From: Intestinibacillus massiliensis
GTDB taxonomy: Bacteria; Bacillota; Clostridia; Oscillospirales; Butyricicoccaceae
Length of the DNA: 64,000 bases
Assembly (NCBI RefSeq): GCF_900155735.1
Contig: NZ_LT707059.1
Location: 466,171-530,170, forward strand
Direction of reading: 5' to 3'
Part shown: piece by piece, positions 37,799 through 47,687 of the stretch
How positions within the stretch are numbered: position 1 is the first letter of the stretch
Layout: each line of letters begins with the position of its first letter
Made by a program: the position numbers and the translations under genes
The notes under the pieces: model-generated
Database searches by the model: none
Told to the model about the DNA's origin: nothing
What the model saw: the letters and a program-made list of their open reading frames with translations, nothing else

Positions 37799-39394
37799 GT
37801 GGATTTGCTTCGTGTGCTGGTGGTAGACGACGACGCGGTGCTCCGCATCGCGCTGAAAAGCCTGGTGGCTTGGCAGGAGCACGGTTACCAGATGGTCGGG
37901 GAGGCGCAGGACGGTGCGCAGGCGCTTGCGTTATGCCAGGCGCTGCAACCGGATATCGTCATTACGGATATGAAAATGCCGGGGATGGATGGGATCGCCC
38001 TGATCCACCGCCTCCAGGCCATGCCGCAGCCGCCCTATATCGTGGCGCTGAGCGGATACGACGATTTTGCGCTGGTGCGCGAGGCGATGCGGCTTGGGGC
38101 GGCGGACTACCTGCTGAAGCTTGAGCTTGAGCCTGCACAGCTATTACAGAGCCTTGCGGGCGCACGGTCGCGCGGCCATGGGGGCGCAGCGCAAAACCTG
38201 CCAGGCAAGGAGGAACGCACCCGCGTGCTGCGCGGCCTCGTAAGCCGGTTTTATCTAGATGAGCAGGAAATGAAAACACAGCTGCAAGCGGTGGGGGTTG
38301 CCTTCCCGACCGAGCCGGTCTGGTGCCTGCTTATCAAAGCGGGGGAGATGTACCGGTTTGAGGAAACGACCGAAGAGGAATACCAGACCTTGCAATTTTC
38401 CATTTTCAGTATAGTGGAAGAAATTGCCGGGGATTGCCTGCATGCGTATGCCGTCGAGGGCAAAACCGGCGAGTTTTATCTATTCGCGGCGCTCAAGCCA
38501 GCGCTGCAGGGGCAAACCGGGCTGGTGCACCAAACCGCGGAACGCATGCACGAAATGCTGTTGCGGTATCTGGATCTTTTCTGCGTCATCGGGATCGGGC
38601 AAGGCGATGCGTCGCCTGCGGGGCTGACTGCCGCCTGCCGACAAGCCGCAGGCGCTGTCCGTGCGCGGTTCTATGCCGTAAACCAGGCGGTGATCGAATG
38701 GGATGGCGATAGGATGCCTGACGGGGGCGGCAGCAGCTATTCCATAGCGCCCCAGCGGGCGCGCCTGACGGCTGGGATTGTTGCCATCCAGGAGGACGCC
38801 GTGCGCATGGCGCTCGGGCAGGTGAAACACGATTTGGCTACGCTGCATCTGCCGCGAAACGCCCTGCTGGCGTCCCTGCTCGACCTGTACAGCGGCGTGC
38901 GGGAGGGGCTGCAGCAAAGCGGGCGCGCGGTCGGGCAGGTGTTAAGGGCAAGCGGGCGCAGCCTGCCAGAGTTATTGTCCATTTCCGGCATGGGGGAGGT
39001 ACAGGATTGGCTGGATGCGCTAGAGGATGACCTTTGCGCCTTTATCCGCCTTGAAAACGCCGAGGGGTACCAAAAGGCCGTGCAAAAAGCCAAGCGGCTG
39101 ATTGAAGAACGGTACGATGGGGAACTCACCTTACAGGAACTGGCGGAGGAATTGCAGCTCACCCCCGGTTACCTAAGCGCGTTGATGAAGAAATACGCGG
39201 GGATGAATTTTTCTGAATACTTAGTACATGTGCGGATTGGCCATGCCAAAAAGCTGCTGCTGGGGACTACGGACAAGGTGTATGCGGTCGCGTCTCAAGT
39301 CGGATATGCCGACCAGTTTTATTTCAGCCGCGTGTTCAAGCGGGTGGTTGGCCTGACGCCGGGGGAGTTTAGGAAACGGGGGGATGTTCGTTGA
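37799..39394 (+). CDS. Response regulator with REC plus AraC-type HTH output (YesN-like)
   Basis: GTG start after AAGGGGGG. VLVVDDD...DIVITDMKMPGMDG receiver. C-terminal AraC HTH. Confidence 0.85.
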   Translation: MDLLRVLVVDDDAVLRIALKSLVAWQEHGYQMVGEAQDGAQALALCQALQPDIVITDMKMPGMDGIALIHRLQAMPQPPYIVALSGYDDFALVREAMRLGAADYLLKLELEPAQLLQSLAGARSRGHGGAAQNLPGKEERTRVLRGLVSRFYLDEQEMKTQLQAVGVAFPTEPVWCLLIKAGEMYRFEETTEEEYQTLQFSIFSIVEEIAGDCLHAYAVEGKTGEFYLFAALKPALQGQTGLVHQTAERMHEMLLRYLDLFCVIGIGQGDASPAGLTAACRQAAGAVRARFYAVNQAVIEWDGDRMPDGGGSSYSIAPQRARLTAGIVAIQEDAVRMALGQVKHDLATLHLPRNALLASLLDLYSGVREGLQQSGRAVGQVLRASGRSLPELLSISGMGEVQDWLDALEDDLCAFIRLENAEGYQKAVQKAKRLIEERYDGELTLQELAEELQLTPGYLSALMKKYAGMNFSEYLVHVRIGHAKKLLLGTTDKVYAVASQVGYADQFYFSRVFKRVVGLTPGEFRKRGDVR

Positions 39395-40659
39395 AACGGT
39401 GGAAGGCGCTGCTGCTGTGCGGCGTAATGCTGTGTCTGGGCACAGCCGGCTATGCATGGCATTCCCGCCAAACGGACGCGCCGTCGGCGCCCCAGCATGT
39501 CATACGGGTCGTGCTGTGGGATTACGGCACGGTCACGTATGATAAACGCATGGTTGAGGCATTTGAGCAGGAAAACCCGGATGTCCGGGTCGAAGTGATC
39601 AGTTATCCGCCGACCTATTACAATTCCAGCCTGGAAGCGCTGCTGGATAGCGGCGAGCGTGTCGATGTCATCTATGTGAACCAGCTTCCGGAACTCGTGG
39701 GGCTGTATGCGCGCGATATCCCGTTGCCGCTCGACGAATTGGTGAAGCGGGATGGGATAGACCTTTCGGCCTACCCGGATACCGGCGTCCTGCGGCAGGA
39801 CGGGCGGCTAATGGCGCTGCCGTACCGGCAGGATAAATTTGTGCTGTACTATAACATCGACCTGTTTGACGAGGCGGGCATCCCATATCCGGAGGAGGGG
39901 ATGACCTGGGATGCCTTCCGGGAGGCTGGCAAGCAGCTGACGGATCGGCTGGGGAAGGGACGTTTCGGCGTCAGCCTGCTCAAAAAAGAGGAGCATATGT
40001 GCCGGTATATGCTGGATGCGCCACCCGACTGGTCAAAGGATGATTTTAGTAAGCTGCGCCCGGGGCTGGAACTGTGGAGGGCGCTGGAACAGGACGGCTC
40101 CATCCCGCGCCTTACGGACAGCGATACGCAGCAGTTTTCACAGCGGATGTTTGAGACCGGCGCGTTTGGCATGTTTGTCCATGGCAGCTGGTATATGAAT
40201 TTTCTGATGGCTGACCGCAAAGCGGGCAGGTTTGATTTCCGATGGGGCGTCGTATCCAAGCCGCGTTGGGCGGACGGCGCAACACCTGTCAACGACGCGT
40301 GGGTCACGCCCGTCTGCATCAACCGGAATTCGGGGGAGCAGGAGGCGGCTTGGCGGTTTATCAAGTTTGTTTCCGGGCCGGAAGGGGCGCGGATCCTCGC
40401 GGAGGAGCTGGTGATTCCGGCCTATCACAGTGCGGGGACGGATGCGGCGCTCGCCCGTACCGCGCGGCAAAACGGGATTGACCCGGCGGTTTGCCTGGAG
40501 GGATTCGCGCCGCCGCAAGCCCCGCCCGACGCGCAGGGGCGGCAGATCCTCGATGCGCTTTGCACCGGTTATGGCCGCGCGCTGCTCGGCCTGGACGGGA
40601 TCGGGGAAAGCATAGACGCCATGTCGCGCGAACGCGCGCGTATCCTGCACAGCCCTTAA
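39391..40659 (+). CDS. Extracellular solute-binding protein (family 1 sugar SBP), likely co-sensor of the two-component system
   Basis: TTG start overlapping the RR stop. Signal/TM segment KALLLCGVMLCLG. Confidence 0.8.
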   Translation: MKRWKALLLCGVMLCLGTAGYAWHSRQTDAPSAPQHVIRVVLWDYGTVTYDKRMVEAFEQENPDVRVEVISYPPTYYNSSLEALLDSGERVDVIYVNQLPELVGLYARDIPLPLDELVKRDGIDLSAYPDTGVLRQDGRLMALPYRQDKFVLYYNIDLFDEAGIPYPEEGMTWDAFREAGKQLTDRLGKGRFGVSLLKKEEHMCRYMLDAPPDWSKDDFSKLRPGLELWRALEQDGSIPRLTDSDTQQFSQRMFETGAFGMFVHGSWYMNFLMADRKAGRFDFRWGVVSKPRWADGATPVNDAWVTPVCINRNSGEQEAAWRFIKFVSGPEGARILAEELVIPAYHSAGTDAALARTARQNGIDPAVCLEGFAPPQAPPDAQGRQILDALCTGYGRALLGLDGIGESIDAMSRERARILHSP

Positions 40660-40821
40660 AAGCCCTGCCTCCTCGCAGGGCTTTTTTGTTGTGGGATTGT
40701 ACAAAAGATTGTGGCTGTGTCCATGTTGGCGAAACGGGTTTTATGGTAGGATTAACCCATAGGCAATGGGAGCCGGCAAGACAGGGTTTGCCGGGACAGG
40801 AATGACGAAGGAGGATTTGGC

Positions 40822-43233
40822 ATGAAAAAACTGTTAAAACAGGCGTTGGCGTTCGGCCTAGCCGCCGCGTGCCTGGCGTCCGGCAGCGCGTTTGCCGCAG
40901 CCAAACAAAATCCGGTAAATCCGGACAAGCCGTACCTATCCGCGGTGATGGGTACATTCCATGAACAAAAGGTGGAAGAAGAAGCGTTCCGCGGGCAATA
41001 CAGCGTTTACCTTCCGGAGACGCTGGAGCAGTGCGCGACCGGCGTTATGGTCGTGGTGCCGGACAATACGACGGCAAAGGTTTTTATGGAAGGCAGTACC
41101 GGTAGCGCATGGCGCAAGGTATGCGACCAGAACGGCGTGGCCGCGGTTTTCGTAGAGGCCGAAGGCGGCAAAGCCTGGAACGTCAGCGGCGCGGCGGATG
41201 GACGCGACGAGGCGGCTTTCCTGAAAAAGGTGTCGGATAATTTCCACAGCAAGAGCAAGGAGCGGGACGCGGCATTCAACTTAAACGAGCGGGCATTTTA
41301 CGTTGTCGGCTATGAGGCGGGCGGCGTGGCTGCGCAGGAATTCGTGATGACGTGGCCGGCGCTGATTTGCGGCGCGGCGGCGGTCGGCAGCGATGCCGTC
41401 CCAGATGCGCTGATCGGTAAAATTGGGGATGCATATGGCTATCCGTTCGTGCAGGCCGGCAACCTTGAGGGCGTGGAAGACAACAAGCTCGCCAACAAGG
41501 ACATCCCGGTACCGGTGTGGCTGGTCAATCAAGCAGACGGCAACGATACCATGGAGAAGTACTGGGCGGCGGCCAACGGGGCGTCTGCGGGCGCGGCCAA
41601 CGATTGGGCGGCGCGCACATATGCCAACCGGGATAAGGGTCAGCAGCGCGTTTGGGTGACGGACAGCGGTTCGGCGTCCAAGGTAACGCCGGAAGTGTTG
41701 TATACGGAGTTCCTGTCCGGTGTGCAGCGCTTTGTGGGCGACCCGGGCGGCCGCCTGGAATGGCGCATCCAGCATACGAATAATGGGAAGACAGGCTTTT
41801 TCTATTCCGAGGAAAAGGTGGACGGCAAACTGCGCCGCTGGTATACCTATGTCCCATCTTCCTATGAAAAGGGCAAGGATGTGCCGCTGGTCATGGCGAT
41901 CCACGGTTATTCCAGCGCGATCCATGCGTTTACGGGCGACTCCCGCTGGCAGGACGTTGCAGAGAAAAACGGTTTTATCGTGGTGTTCCCACAGGCATAT
42001 GTCAACGATTTCCCCACGAGGGGCGAGGTGCTCGCACCGGTTTGGCATACCTATTCCTACCCGCTGACGGAAACAGCGACGGACGACGTTTCCTTCCTGC
42101 AGCAGCTGGTGGAAAAGACCGAAAAGGATTACAGTATTGATAGCAGCCGTGTCTACGCGACCGGACACTCCAACGGCGCGACCATGACCTGGGCGCTCGG
42201 CATCGACGCGGCGGGGCTGTTTGCGGCCATCGCCCCGGTCGGGCACAATTCGGGCGCATACCGCGGCGCGCCGGCAAACAATAATATGGAGCCGACCGAT
42301 GTCCTGAGCGATACCACGCCGGAAAAAGAATCTGACCTGCTCCTGCCGACCTGGATGTTCAAGGGCGACCATGATGTGGACGGCGGCGCGGGCTTTGATA
42401 ACGCAAACCTCGGCGGCGTGAATACCAATAAGATGGCGCTGCAGCACTGGAATACCCGCAACGGTACCGACGCTACCGCGCCGAAGACCGAAAAGGACGG
42501 CAGCGGGCGCTATACCACCACGACTTATACGAACACGGCGGGCGATGCGCCGCTGGTGCGTTATACCGTAGTGGAGAATTCCCCGCATGCGTACATCCCG
42601 TATGAAGCGGACATGATCTGGGACGACTTTTTCTCCAAGTATTCCCGCGGCGAGGACGGGGCGCTCTATTATGAGGGCAAGCCGGTAGAAAAGACGGCGG
42701 CCGTACAGCAGGGCTTCACCGACATCACAAACCATTGGGCGAAGGATGCCATCCAGAAGGCGGTGGATGCGGGCCTGTTCACCGGGACGTCCGCAACGAC
42801 GTTCAGCCCTGAAGGCACGGTGACCCGCGGCATGGCGGTGACCGTGCTCGGCCGTATGGCCGGGGCGGATGCGTCCGGTACGGCGGCGTTTGCCGATGTG
42901 GCAAAGGACGCGTACTATAATGGGTATATCGCTTGGGCGGTCAAAGAGGGCGTCGTGAAGGGTACCTCCGCCACAACGTTTGAGCCGGAGGCCGATGTCA
43001 CCCGCGAACAGCTTGCCGTGATGCTTGCCAGCTATGCCAAGGCGGGCGCGGCAGACCGGGCGGCGCTCTCCGGGTTTACCGATGCAAACCGGGTGTCCGA
43101 CTGGGCGGCGGACGGCATGTCCTACTGTGTGGGACAGAAGCTGATCACCGGCAAGGACGCCGCCACACTGGATCCGCAGGGCCTGTTGACCCGCGCGGAA
43201 CTGGCAACCATCCTGTTGCGCGTCAGCAAATAG
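40822..43233 (+). CDS. Secreted tandem esterase (PHB-depolymerase/feruloyl esterase-like alpha/beta hydrolase) with three C-terminal SLH domains
   Basis: Signal peptide. Second domain has the nucleophile elbow GHSNG. First domain shows GYEAG at the equivalent position. C-terminal SLH repeats (FTD...HWA, FADV, FTDANRVSDWAADGM). Confidence 0.85.
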   Translation: MKKLLKQALAFGLAAACLASGSAFAAAKQNPVNPDKPYLSAVMGTFHEQKVEEEAFRGQYSVYLPETLEQCATGVMVVVPDNTTAKVFMEGSTGSAWRKVCDQNGVAAVFVEAEGGKAWNVSGAADGRDEAAFLKKVSDNFHSKSKERDAAFNLNERAFYVVGYEAGGVAAQEFVMTWPALICGAAAVGSDAVPDALIGKIGDAYGYPFVQAGNLEGVEDNKLANKDIPVPVWLVNQADGNDTMEKYWAAANGASAGAANDWAARTYANRDKGQQRVWVTDSGSASKVTPEVLYTEFLSGVQRFVGDPGGRLEWRIQHTNNGKTGFFYSEEKVDGKLRRWYTYVPSSYEKGKDVPLVMAIHGYSSAIHAFTGDSRWQDVAEKNGFIVVFPQAYVNDFPTRGEVLAPVWHTYSYPLTETATDDVSFLQQLVEKTEKDYSIDSSRVYATGHSNGATMTWALGIDAAGLFAAIAPVGHNSGAYRGAPANNNMEPTDVLSDTTPEKESDLLLPTWMFKGDHDVDGGAGFDNANLGGVNTNKMALQHWNTRNGTDATAPKTEKDGSGRYTTTTYTNTAGDAPLVRYTVVENSPHAYIPYEADMIWDDFFSKYSRGEDGALYYEGKPVEKTAAVQQGFTDITNHWAKDAIQKAVDAGLFTGTSATTFSPEGTVTRGMAVTVLGRMAGADASGTAAFADVAKDAYYNGYIAWAVKEGVVKGTSATTFEPEADVTREQLAVMLASYAKAGAADRAALSGFTDANRVSDWAADGMSYCVGQKLITGKDAATLDPQGLLTRAELATILLRVSK

Positions 43234-43257
43234 CCCCGCGCAAACTCCCATCCCTTG

Positions 43258-43293
43258 AAAGCCCCCGCACGGAACATTCCGTGCGGGGGCTTT
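43258..43293 (+). terminator. Intrinsic terminator after the esterase gene
   Basis: AAAGCCCCCGCACGGAAC-att-CCGTGCGGGGGCTTT. Confidence 0.7.
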
Positions 43294-43427
43294 CCCATGC
43301 CTGCGGGCCTGGTTCCCAGCCCCGCTGTCAAATGCGGGGGAAAAGGGGCGCATGGAAAAAGAGCCGACTTGTCCGGCGGACGGTCTAAAGCCCGTCCGCT
43401 TTTCATAGGATGGGACAGGTGATGAAC

Positions 43428-44339
43428 ATGGAAGAAAAACGGCTATCCAACTTTGCGCAGGCAATCACGGCGCTGCCGATCCGGCTGCAGCGGGAAGCGC
43501 TGGCGCTCCCGCCGGAAATACGGTGCGCCTGTGAGGAGCTTCGGCTGCGTGCGGGCAAGCCTATGGCGTACAGCCGTACAGGCATGGAAACCGCGTTCGG
43601 CAAAGACCCGATCAGCGCGGACGACTTACAGGAGACCCTGGGACGCGCCACACGGTATTCGGTACATAGCTATGGGGAAAGCCTGCAAAACGGCTTCGTA
43701 ACCCTGGAGGGCGGGCACCGGCTCGGCCTGTGCGGCACGGCCGTGCTGCGGGAGGGGACGGTATCCGGCGTGCGCGCCCTGTCCTCGATCAATTTGCGGA
43801 TCGCGTCCCAGGTACCGGGCGCGGCGGATGCGGTGCTGCCGTCCCTTCTGCGGGATGGCCGTCCGGTGAGCACCCTTGTCATATCGCCGCCTGCGTGGGG
43901 CAAGACCACGCTGCTGCGCGACTGCATCCGGCAATTGTCCGAAGCCGGCGTGCGGGTTTCCGTAGCGGACGAGCGCTGCGAAATCGCAGGCTCCTCCGGC
44001 GGCGCGCCGCAGTTTGATCTGGGGCCGCAGACCGATGTGATGGACGGCGCGCCGAAGGCGGACGCGGCGCTGATCCTGATTAAAACCATGTCCCCCGCGC
44101 TGCTGGCGCTCGATGAGATCACGGCGCCGCGCGATGTGGAAGCGGTGTCCTATGCCGCGCATTGCGGCGCAGCCGTGCTCGCAACGGCGCACGCCCTGGA
44201 TTTTGCGGATTTTAAACGGCGGCCGCTGTACCGTCAATTATTGCGGAGCCAAATTTTTGAACAGGCCGTCGAGATTTCCCTCCACGAGGGCGTACGGCGG
44301 TACACGGTGCGGGCGTTGGGGGGCGAACAGGGATGCTGA
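43428..44339 (+). CDS. spoIIIAA: Stage III sporulation protein AA (ATPase)
   Basis: Walker A PPAWGKTT. AGGTGA RBS 5 nt before ATG 43428. Alternative in-frame ATGs at 43410 and 43422. Confidence 0.85.
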   Translation: MEEKRLSNFAQAITALPIRLQREALALPPEIRCACEELRLRAGKPMAYSRTGMETAFGKDPISADDLQETLGRATRYSVHSYGESLQNGFVTLEGGHRLGLCGTAVLREGTVSGVRALSSINLRIASQVPGAADAVLPSLLRDGRPVSTLVISPPAWGKTTLLRDCIRQLSEAGVRVSVADERCEIAGSSGGAPQFDLGPQTDVMDGAPKADAALILIKTMSPALLALDEITAPRDVEAVSYAAHCGAAVLATAHALDFADFKRRPLYRQLLRSQIFEQAVEISLHEGVRRYTVRALGGEQGC

Positions 44340-44851
44340 AGCTTTTAGGGACGGTGATGATTTTGGGCGCCTGCTCTGCGCTCGGGCTTTCGGCAAAGCA
44401 GCGCCTGCGCCAGCGGCTGCGCGCGCTGGAAGCGATGATTGCCGCGCTACAGTTTATTTCTTCCGAGCTAACCTGCCGGATGACGCCCCTGCCCGAGCTG
44501 ATCGCGGCGCTTGCGCAGTCCGAAAACGGTATCACGCGGAAGATTTTCGGCGTCATGTGCAAAAAGATGGGGCAGGACGACGGGCTGTCCCTGCCGTACA
44601 AGTGGTGCCGCGCATTCCAGGAATGCCGCGAGCAGGCCGGGCTGGGGGAGGAGGAAACGCACTTGCTCTGCGACGCTGCGGGGTTCCTGGGGCGGTACGA
44701 CGCGGCGCAGCAGGTAAAGAGCCTGGAGTATGTCAGGCGGCGCTTGGGTGACCTGCGCCTTGCCGCCGTGGAGGAACTGAGAAGCAAAGGGAACCTGTAC
44801 CGCACCTGCGGCATCGCCATGGGCATTGTAACCGTACTGGTCCTGCTGTGA
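44333..44851 (+). CDS. spoIIIAB: Stage III sporulation protein AB
   Basis: 172 aa. Overlaps the spoIIIAA stop. Typical AB sequence (AMIAALQFISSEL). Confidence 0.85.
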   Translation: MLKLLGTVMILGACSALGLSAKQRLRQRLRALEAMIAALQFISSELTCRMTPLPELIAALAQSENGITRKIFGVMCKKMGQDDGLSLPYKWCRAFQECREQAGLGEEETHLLCDAAGFLGRYDAAQQVKSLEYVRRRLGDLRLAAVEELRSKGNLYRTCGIAMGIVTVLVLL

Positions 44852-44882
44852 ACGGAAGTACGAAAAACGGGAGGAAGGCAAC

Positions 44883-45080
44883 ATGCAAATAGACCTGATT
44901 TTTAAGATCGCCGCAATCGGTATCATCGTCGCGGTGCTGAACCAGCTCCTTGTCCGTTCCGGACGGGAGGAACAGGCGATGATGACGACGCTGGCCGGCC
45001 TGATCGTCGTGCTGATGATGATCATCCAGGAGATCAGCCAGTTGTTCTCGCTCATCAAATCGGTATTCGGGTTTTACTAA
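44883..45080 (+). CDS. spoIIIAC: Stage III sporulation protein AC
   Basis: 65 aa two-TM protein MQIDLIFKIAAIGIIVAVL. Confidence 0.85.
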   Translation: MQIDLIFKIAAIGIIVAVLNQLLVRSGREEQAMMTTLAGLIVVLMMIIQEISQLFSLIKSVFGFY

Positions 45081-45081
45081 A

Positions 45082-45471
45082 ATGGGCGGGATATTATCGG
45101 TCGTCGGCATCGCGCTGACTGCGGCAATTTTTGCGCTTGTGCTGCAGAAGGACGCGCCGGGACCGGCGTTCCTCTTGACGCTTGCGGCGGGGATTCTGAT
45201 CTTCGGGTTTGCGGTGCGCGGCGTCGGGCAGATCGCGCAGACGCTGGACGGCGTGCTGTCCGCCGCGGGGATTGAGGACGGGCTGTACCTGCCCGTGGTC
45301 AAGGCGGTCGGGATTGCCGCCGTAGTGCGCGTGGCCGCCGCGTTCTGCCGGGATGCGGGACAATCCTCGCTCGCGGCAAAGGTCGAACTGACCGGTGCGG
45401 TCGCGGCGATGGCGGTGTGCCTGCCGCTCTTCCAGCGCGTGCTTGAAATGGTGTCCACGCTGATACGCTGA
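45082..45471 (+). CDS. spoIIIAD: Stage III sporulation protein AD
   Basis: 129 aa hydrophobic protein immediately after AC. Confidence 0.85.
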   Translation: MGGILSVVGIALTAAIFALVLQKDAPGPAFLLTLAAGILIFGFAVRGVGQIAQTLDGVLSAAGIEDGLYLPVVKAVGIAAVVRVAAAFCRDAGQSSLAAKVELTGAVAAMAVCLPLFQRVLEMVSTLIR

Positions 45472-45484
45472 AAGGACAGGATGT

Positions 45485-46600
45485 ATGAAAAAGAGACTGC
45501 TTTTGGGCATTTTGCTTGCATTTGCCCTGCTGCTGCCCGCAGGCGCTTACGACGAGGGGCTGTATCAGCAGCAGCTCTCCGCAATCGGCGGGGACGCGCT
45601 CCGCAGCGCGGCGGGCGGGCAGGGTGGCGCTTACCTATCGGGGCTTTCGCCATCGCCGGATGCGGATATCGGCACGTCGCTCGCAACGCTGGTCGAGCGC
45701 ACCGCAGGGGAAAACGGCAAGGCGTTCCACGCCGCGCTGCGCAGCCTGACGCGCGTCATGATGGTGGTCGTCCTGTGCGGGTGCGCGGCGGGGTTCCACA
45801 CGGCGGCGGGCGGCGCCACCCCGGCGGCAATCAATATGGCGGGCGCGCTCGGCGTGACGGCGGTACTGCTCGGCGATATGCGGGGGCTTCTGGCGCTGTG
45901 CAGCGGCACGCTTGAGCAGGTCAGCGTCTTTTCCAAAACCATGCTCCCCGTCATGGCGGCCGCCATCTCGCTCACAGGCGCGCCCACGACCGCAACCGTG
46001 ATGCAGGCTGCGACAATGTTCGCGTTCGATTTGCTGGTGCGCTTCATCACGGCGGTTCTCGTCCCGGCAGTCTGCGCATATATCGTACTGATCACGGTGA
46101 ACGCCGCAATGGGCAATGATATGCTTGAACGGCTCGCGGCTTTTGTCAAGTGGGCGACTACAACCAGCCTCAAGCTTATCCTGACGCTGTTTATCGCGTA
46201 TATCACGATTTCAGGCTCGCTCGGGGGCAGCGTGGACGGCATTGCGGTCAAAGCGGCCAAGTTTGCCGTATCCGGCTCGGTACCCGTGGTGGGCGGTATC
46301 ATTTCCGACGCGGCGGAAACCATGCTGTCCGGCGCGCTGCTGCTGAAAAACACGGTTGGGATTTTCGGCATGGTGTGCATCGCGGCGATCTGCATTGTAC
46401 CGTTTTTCAAGGTCGGCATCAGCTATCTGCTGTTTAAAGCGGGTTCGGCGGCGCTTTCCCCGGTGTGTAGCGCAAGCCTGTCCAAGCTGATCGGCGGTAT
46501 CAGCGACAGCTTCGGGCTGCTGCTCGGCATGCTGGGCACATGCAGCGCAGTGCTGTTTTTCGAGCTGGTGTTCTCGGTCGCATTGGTGAAACCCGCATGA
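45485..46600 (+). CDS. spoIIIAE: Stage III sporulation protein AE
   Basis: 371 aa, signal peptide plus polytopic membrane domain. Confidence 0.85.
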   Translation: MKKRLLLGILLAFALLLPAGAYDEGLYQQQLSAIGGDALRSAAGGQGGAYLSGLSPSPDADIGTSLATLVERTAGENGKAFHAALRSLTRVMMVVVLCGCAAGFHTAAGGATPAAINMAGALGVTAVLLGDMRGLLALCSGTLEQVSVFSKTMLPVMAAAISLTGAPTTATVMQAATMFAFDLLVRFITAVLVPAVCAYIVLITVNAAMGNDMLERLAAFVKWATTTSLKLILTLFIAYITISGSLGGSVDGIAVKAAKFAVSGSVPVVGGIISDAAETMLSGALLLKNTVGIFGMVCIAAICIVPFFKVGISYLLFKAGSAALSPVCSASLSKLIGGISDSFGLLLGMLGTCSAVLFFELVFSVALVKPA

Positions 46601-47085
46601 TCGAGATGGTACGGCAGATGATCGTCAGTGTAACGGCCGCCGCGGTTTTTTCGACCGTTATGTTGCTGATCGTGCAGAAGAGCGCGCTGCACGAGGTGAT
46701 CCGGCTCGCCACCGGTATGCTTATGATCCTGGCGCTGCTGCTGCCGCTGTCGCGTCTGACGCTGCCTTCCTTCAGCCGCGCGTTTGCGGCGGAGCGCGCG
46801 CAGGCCGAGCGGCAGACGGAAGAAGCAAAACAGAAAAACGAACAGATCGCCTATTCCAGCATTGGCGGCGCGGTGTCGCAATATATCGAGAAGCAGGCTG
46901 GGGAACTCGGGATCAAATGTACGGTGCGTACCGAAATGGAGCAGGGCACGGACGGCACATGGGTGATCGGCCGGGTGCGCATCCGGGGAAAAGGGCTGAC
47001 GGGCGTACAGCGGCAGCAGCTCGCTGCGCTGGTGGAAAAGGAATGTGGCGTGCCCCCGGCACGGCAAGACTTGGTAGAGGGCTGA
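46597..47085 (+). CDS. spoIIIAF: Stage III sporulation protein AF
   Basis: Start ATG overlapping the AE stop (ATGA). MIEMVRQMIVSVTAAAVF. Confidence 0.8.
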   Translation: MIEMVRQMIVSVTAAAVFSTVMLLIVQKSALHEVIRLATGMLMILALLLPLSRLTLPSFSRAFAAERAQAERQTEEAKQKNEQIAYSSIGGAVSQYIEKQAGELGIKCTVRTEMEQGTDGTWVIGRVRIRGKGLTGVQRQQLAALVEKECGVPPARQDLVEG

Positions 47086-47090
47086 AAGTT

Positions 47091-47648
47091 ATGGAAAAGG
47101 AAAAGCTTTTAAACATTATGCGCAAGGCGGAACCGGTCCTGAAACGCTACCGGTATCCGATCCTCGTGCTGTTTGCCGGGCTGCTGATCCTGGCGCTCGG
47201 CGCGCCGAAGAAGGAAGCTGCGCCTGCAAGCGCGCAGGATACGCAGGAAGCCGCGTCGGCGGATGGTACGGCGCAGGACGGGGGGTTCGACCTCGCGGCC
47301 TTTGAGGAAAAGCTGCAGCAGGACGTCAGCCGGATCAGCGGCGTGGGGCGGGTCAGCCTTTCCCTGTCGCTCAAATCCACGGAGGAAGCGGTATATGCCG
47401 CCGATATCCGACAGAGCAGCCAGAATACGGAGACCACGTCCTACGAAAGCGCGCTTTCCATCGTGTCGGACGGCAGCTATGGGCAGCAGCCGATTTTAGT
47501 CAAAAAGCAGTATCCCACCTTCCGGGGGGCGCTTGTCCTGTGCGACGGTGCGGACAACGACACGGTGCGCCTCGCGGTGACCGACGCCGTCAGCACCATG
47601 TGCGGCATCGGCGCAGACAAGGTTTCAGTGCTCAAAATGCAGAGCTGA
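47091..47648 (+). CDS. spoIIIAG: Stage III sporulation protein AG
   Basis: Start MEKEKLLN after GAGGG. N-terminal TM, C-terminal YscJ-like ring domain. Confidence 0.8.
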   Translation: MEKEKLLNIMRKAEPVLKRYRYPILVLFAGLLILALGAPKKEAAPASAQDTQEAASADGTAQDGGFDLAAFEEKLQQDVSRISGVGRVSLSLSLKSTEEAVYAADIRQSSQNTETTSYESALSIVSDGSYGQQPILVKKQYPTFRGALVLCDGADNDTVRLAVTDAVSTMCGIGADKVSVLKMQS

Positions 47649-47687
47649 ACATAGAGTAATAAAAACTGACAGGCAGGAGGAAGGAAT

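Noticed and set aside
41281-43464. 727-aa minus-strand ORF antisense to the SLH esterase gene
   Set aside because: A long open frame expected from roughly 60% GC. It is Arg/Gly/Pro-rich and low-complexity, with no RBS and no domain-like pattern. The sense-strand esterase has clear motifs.
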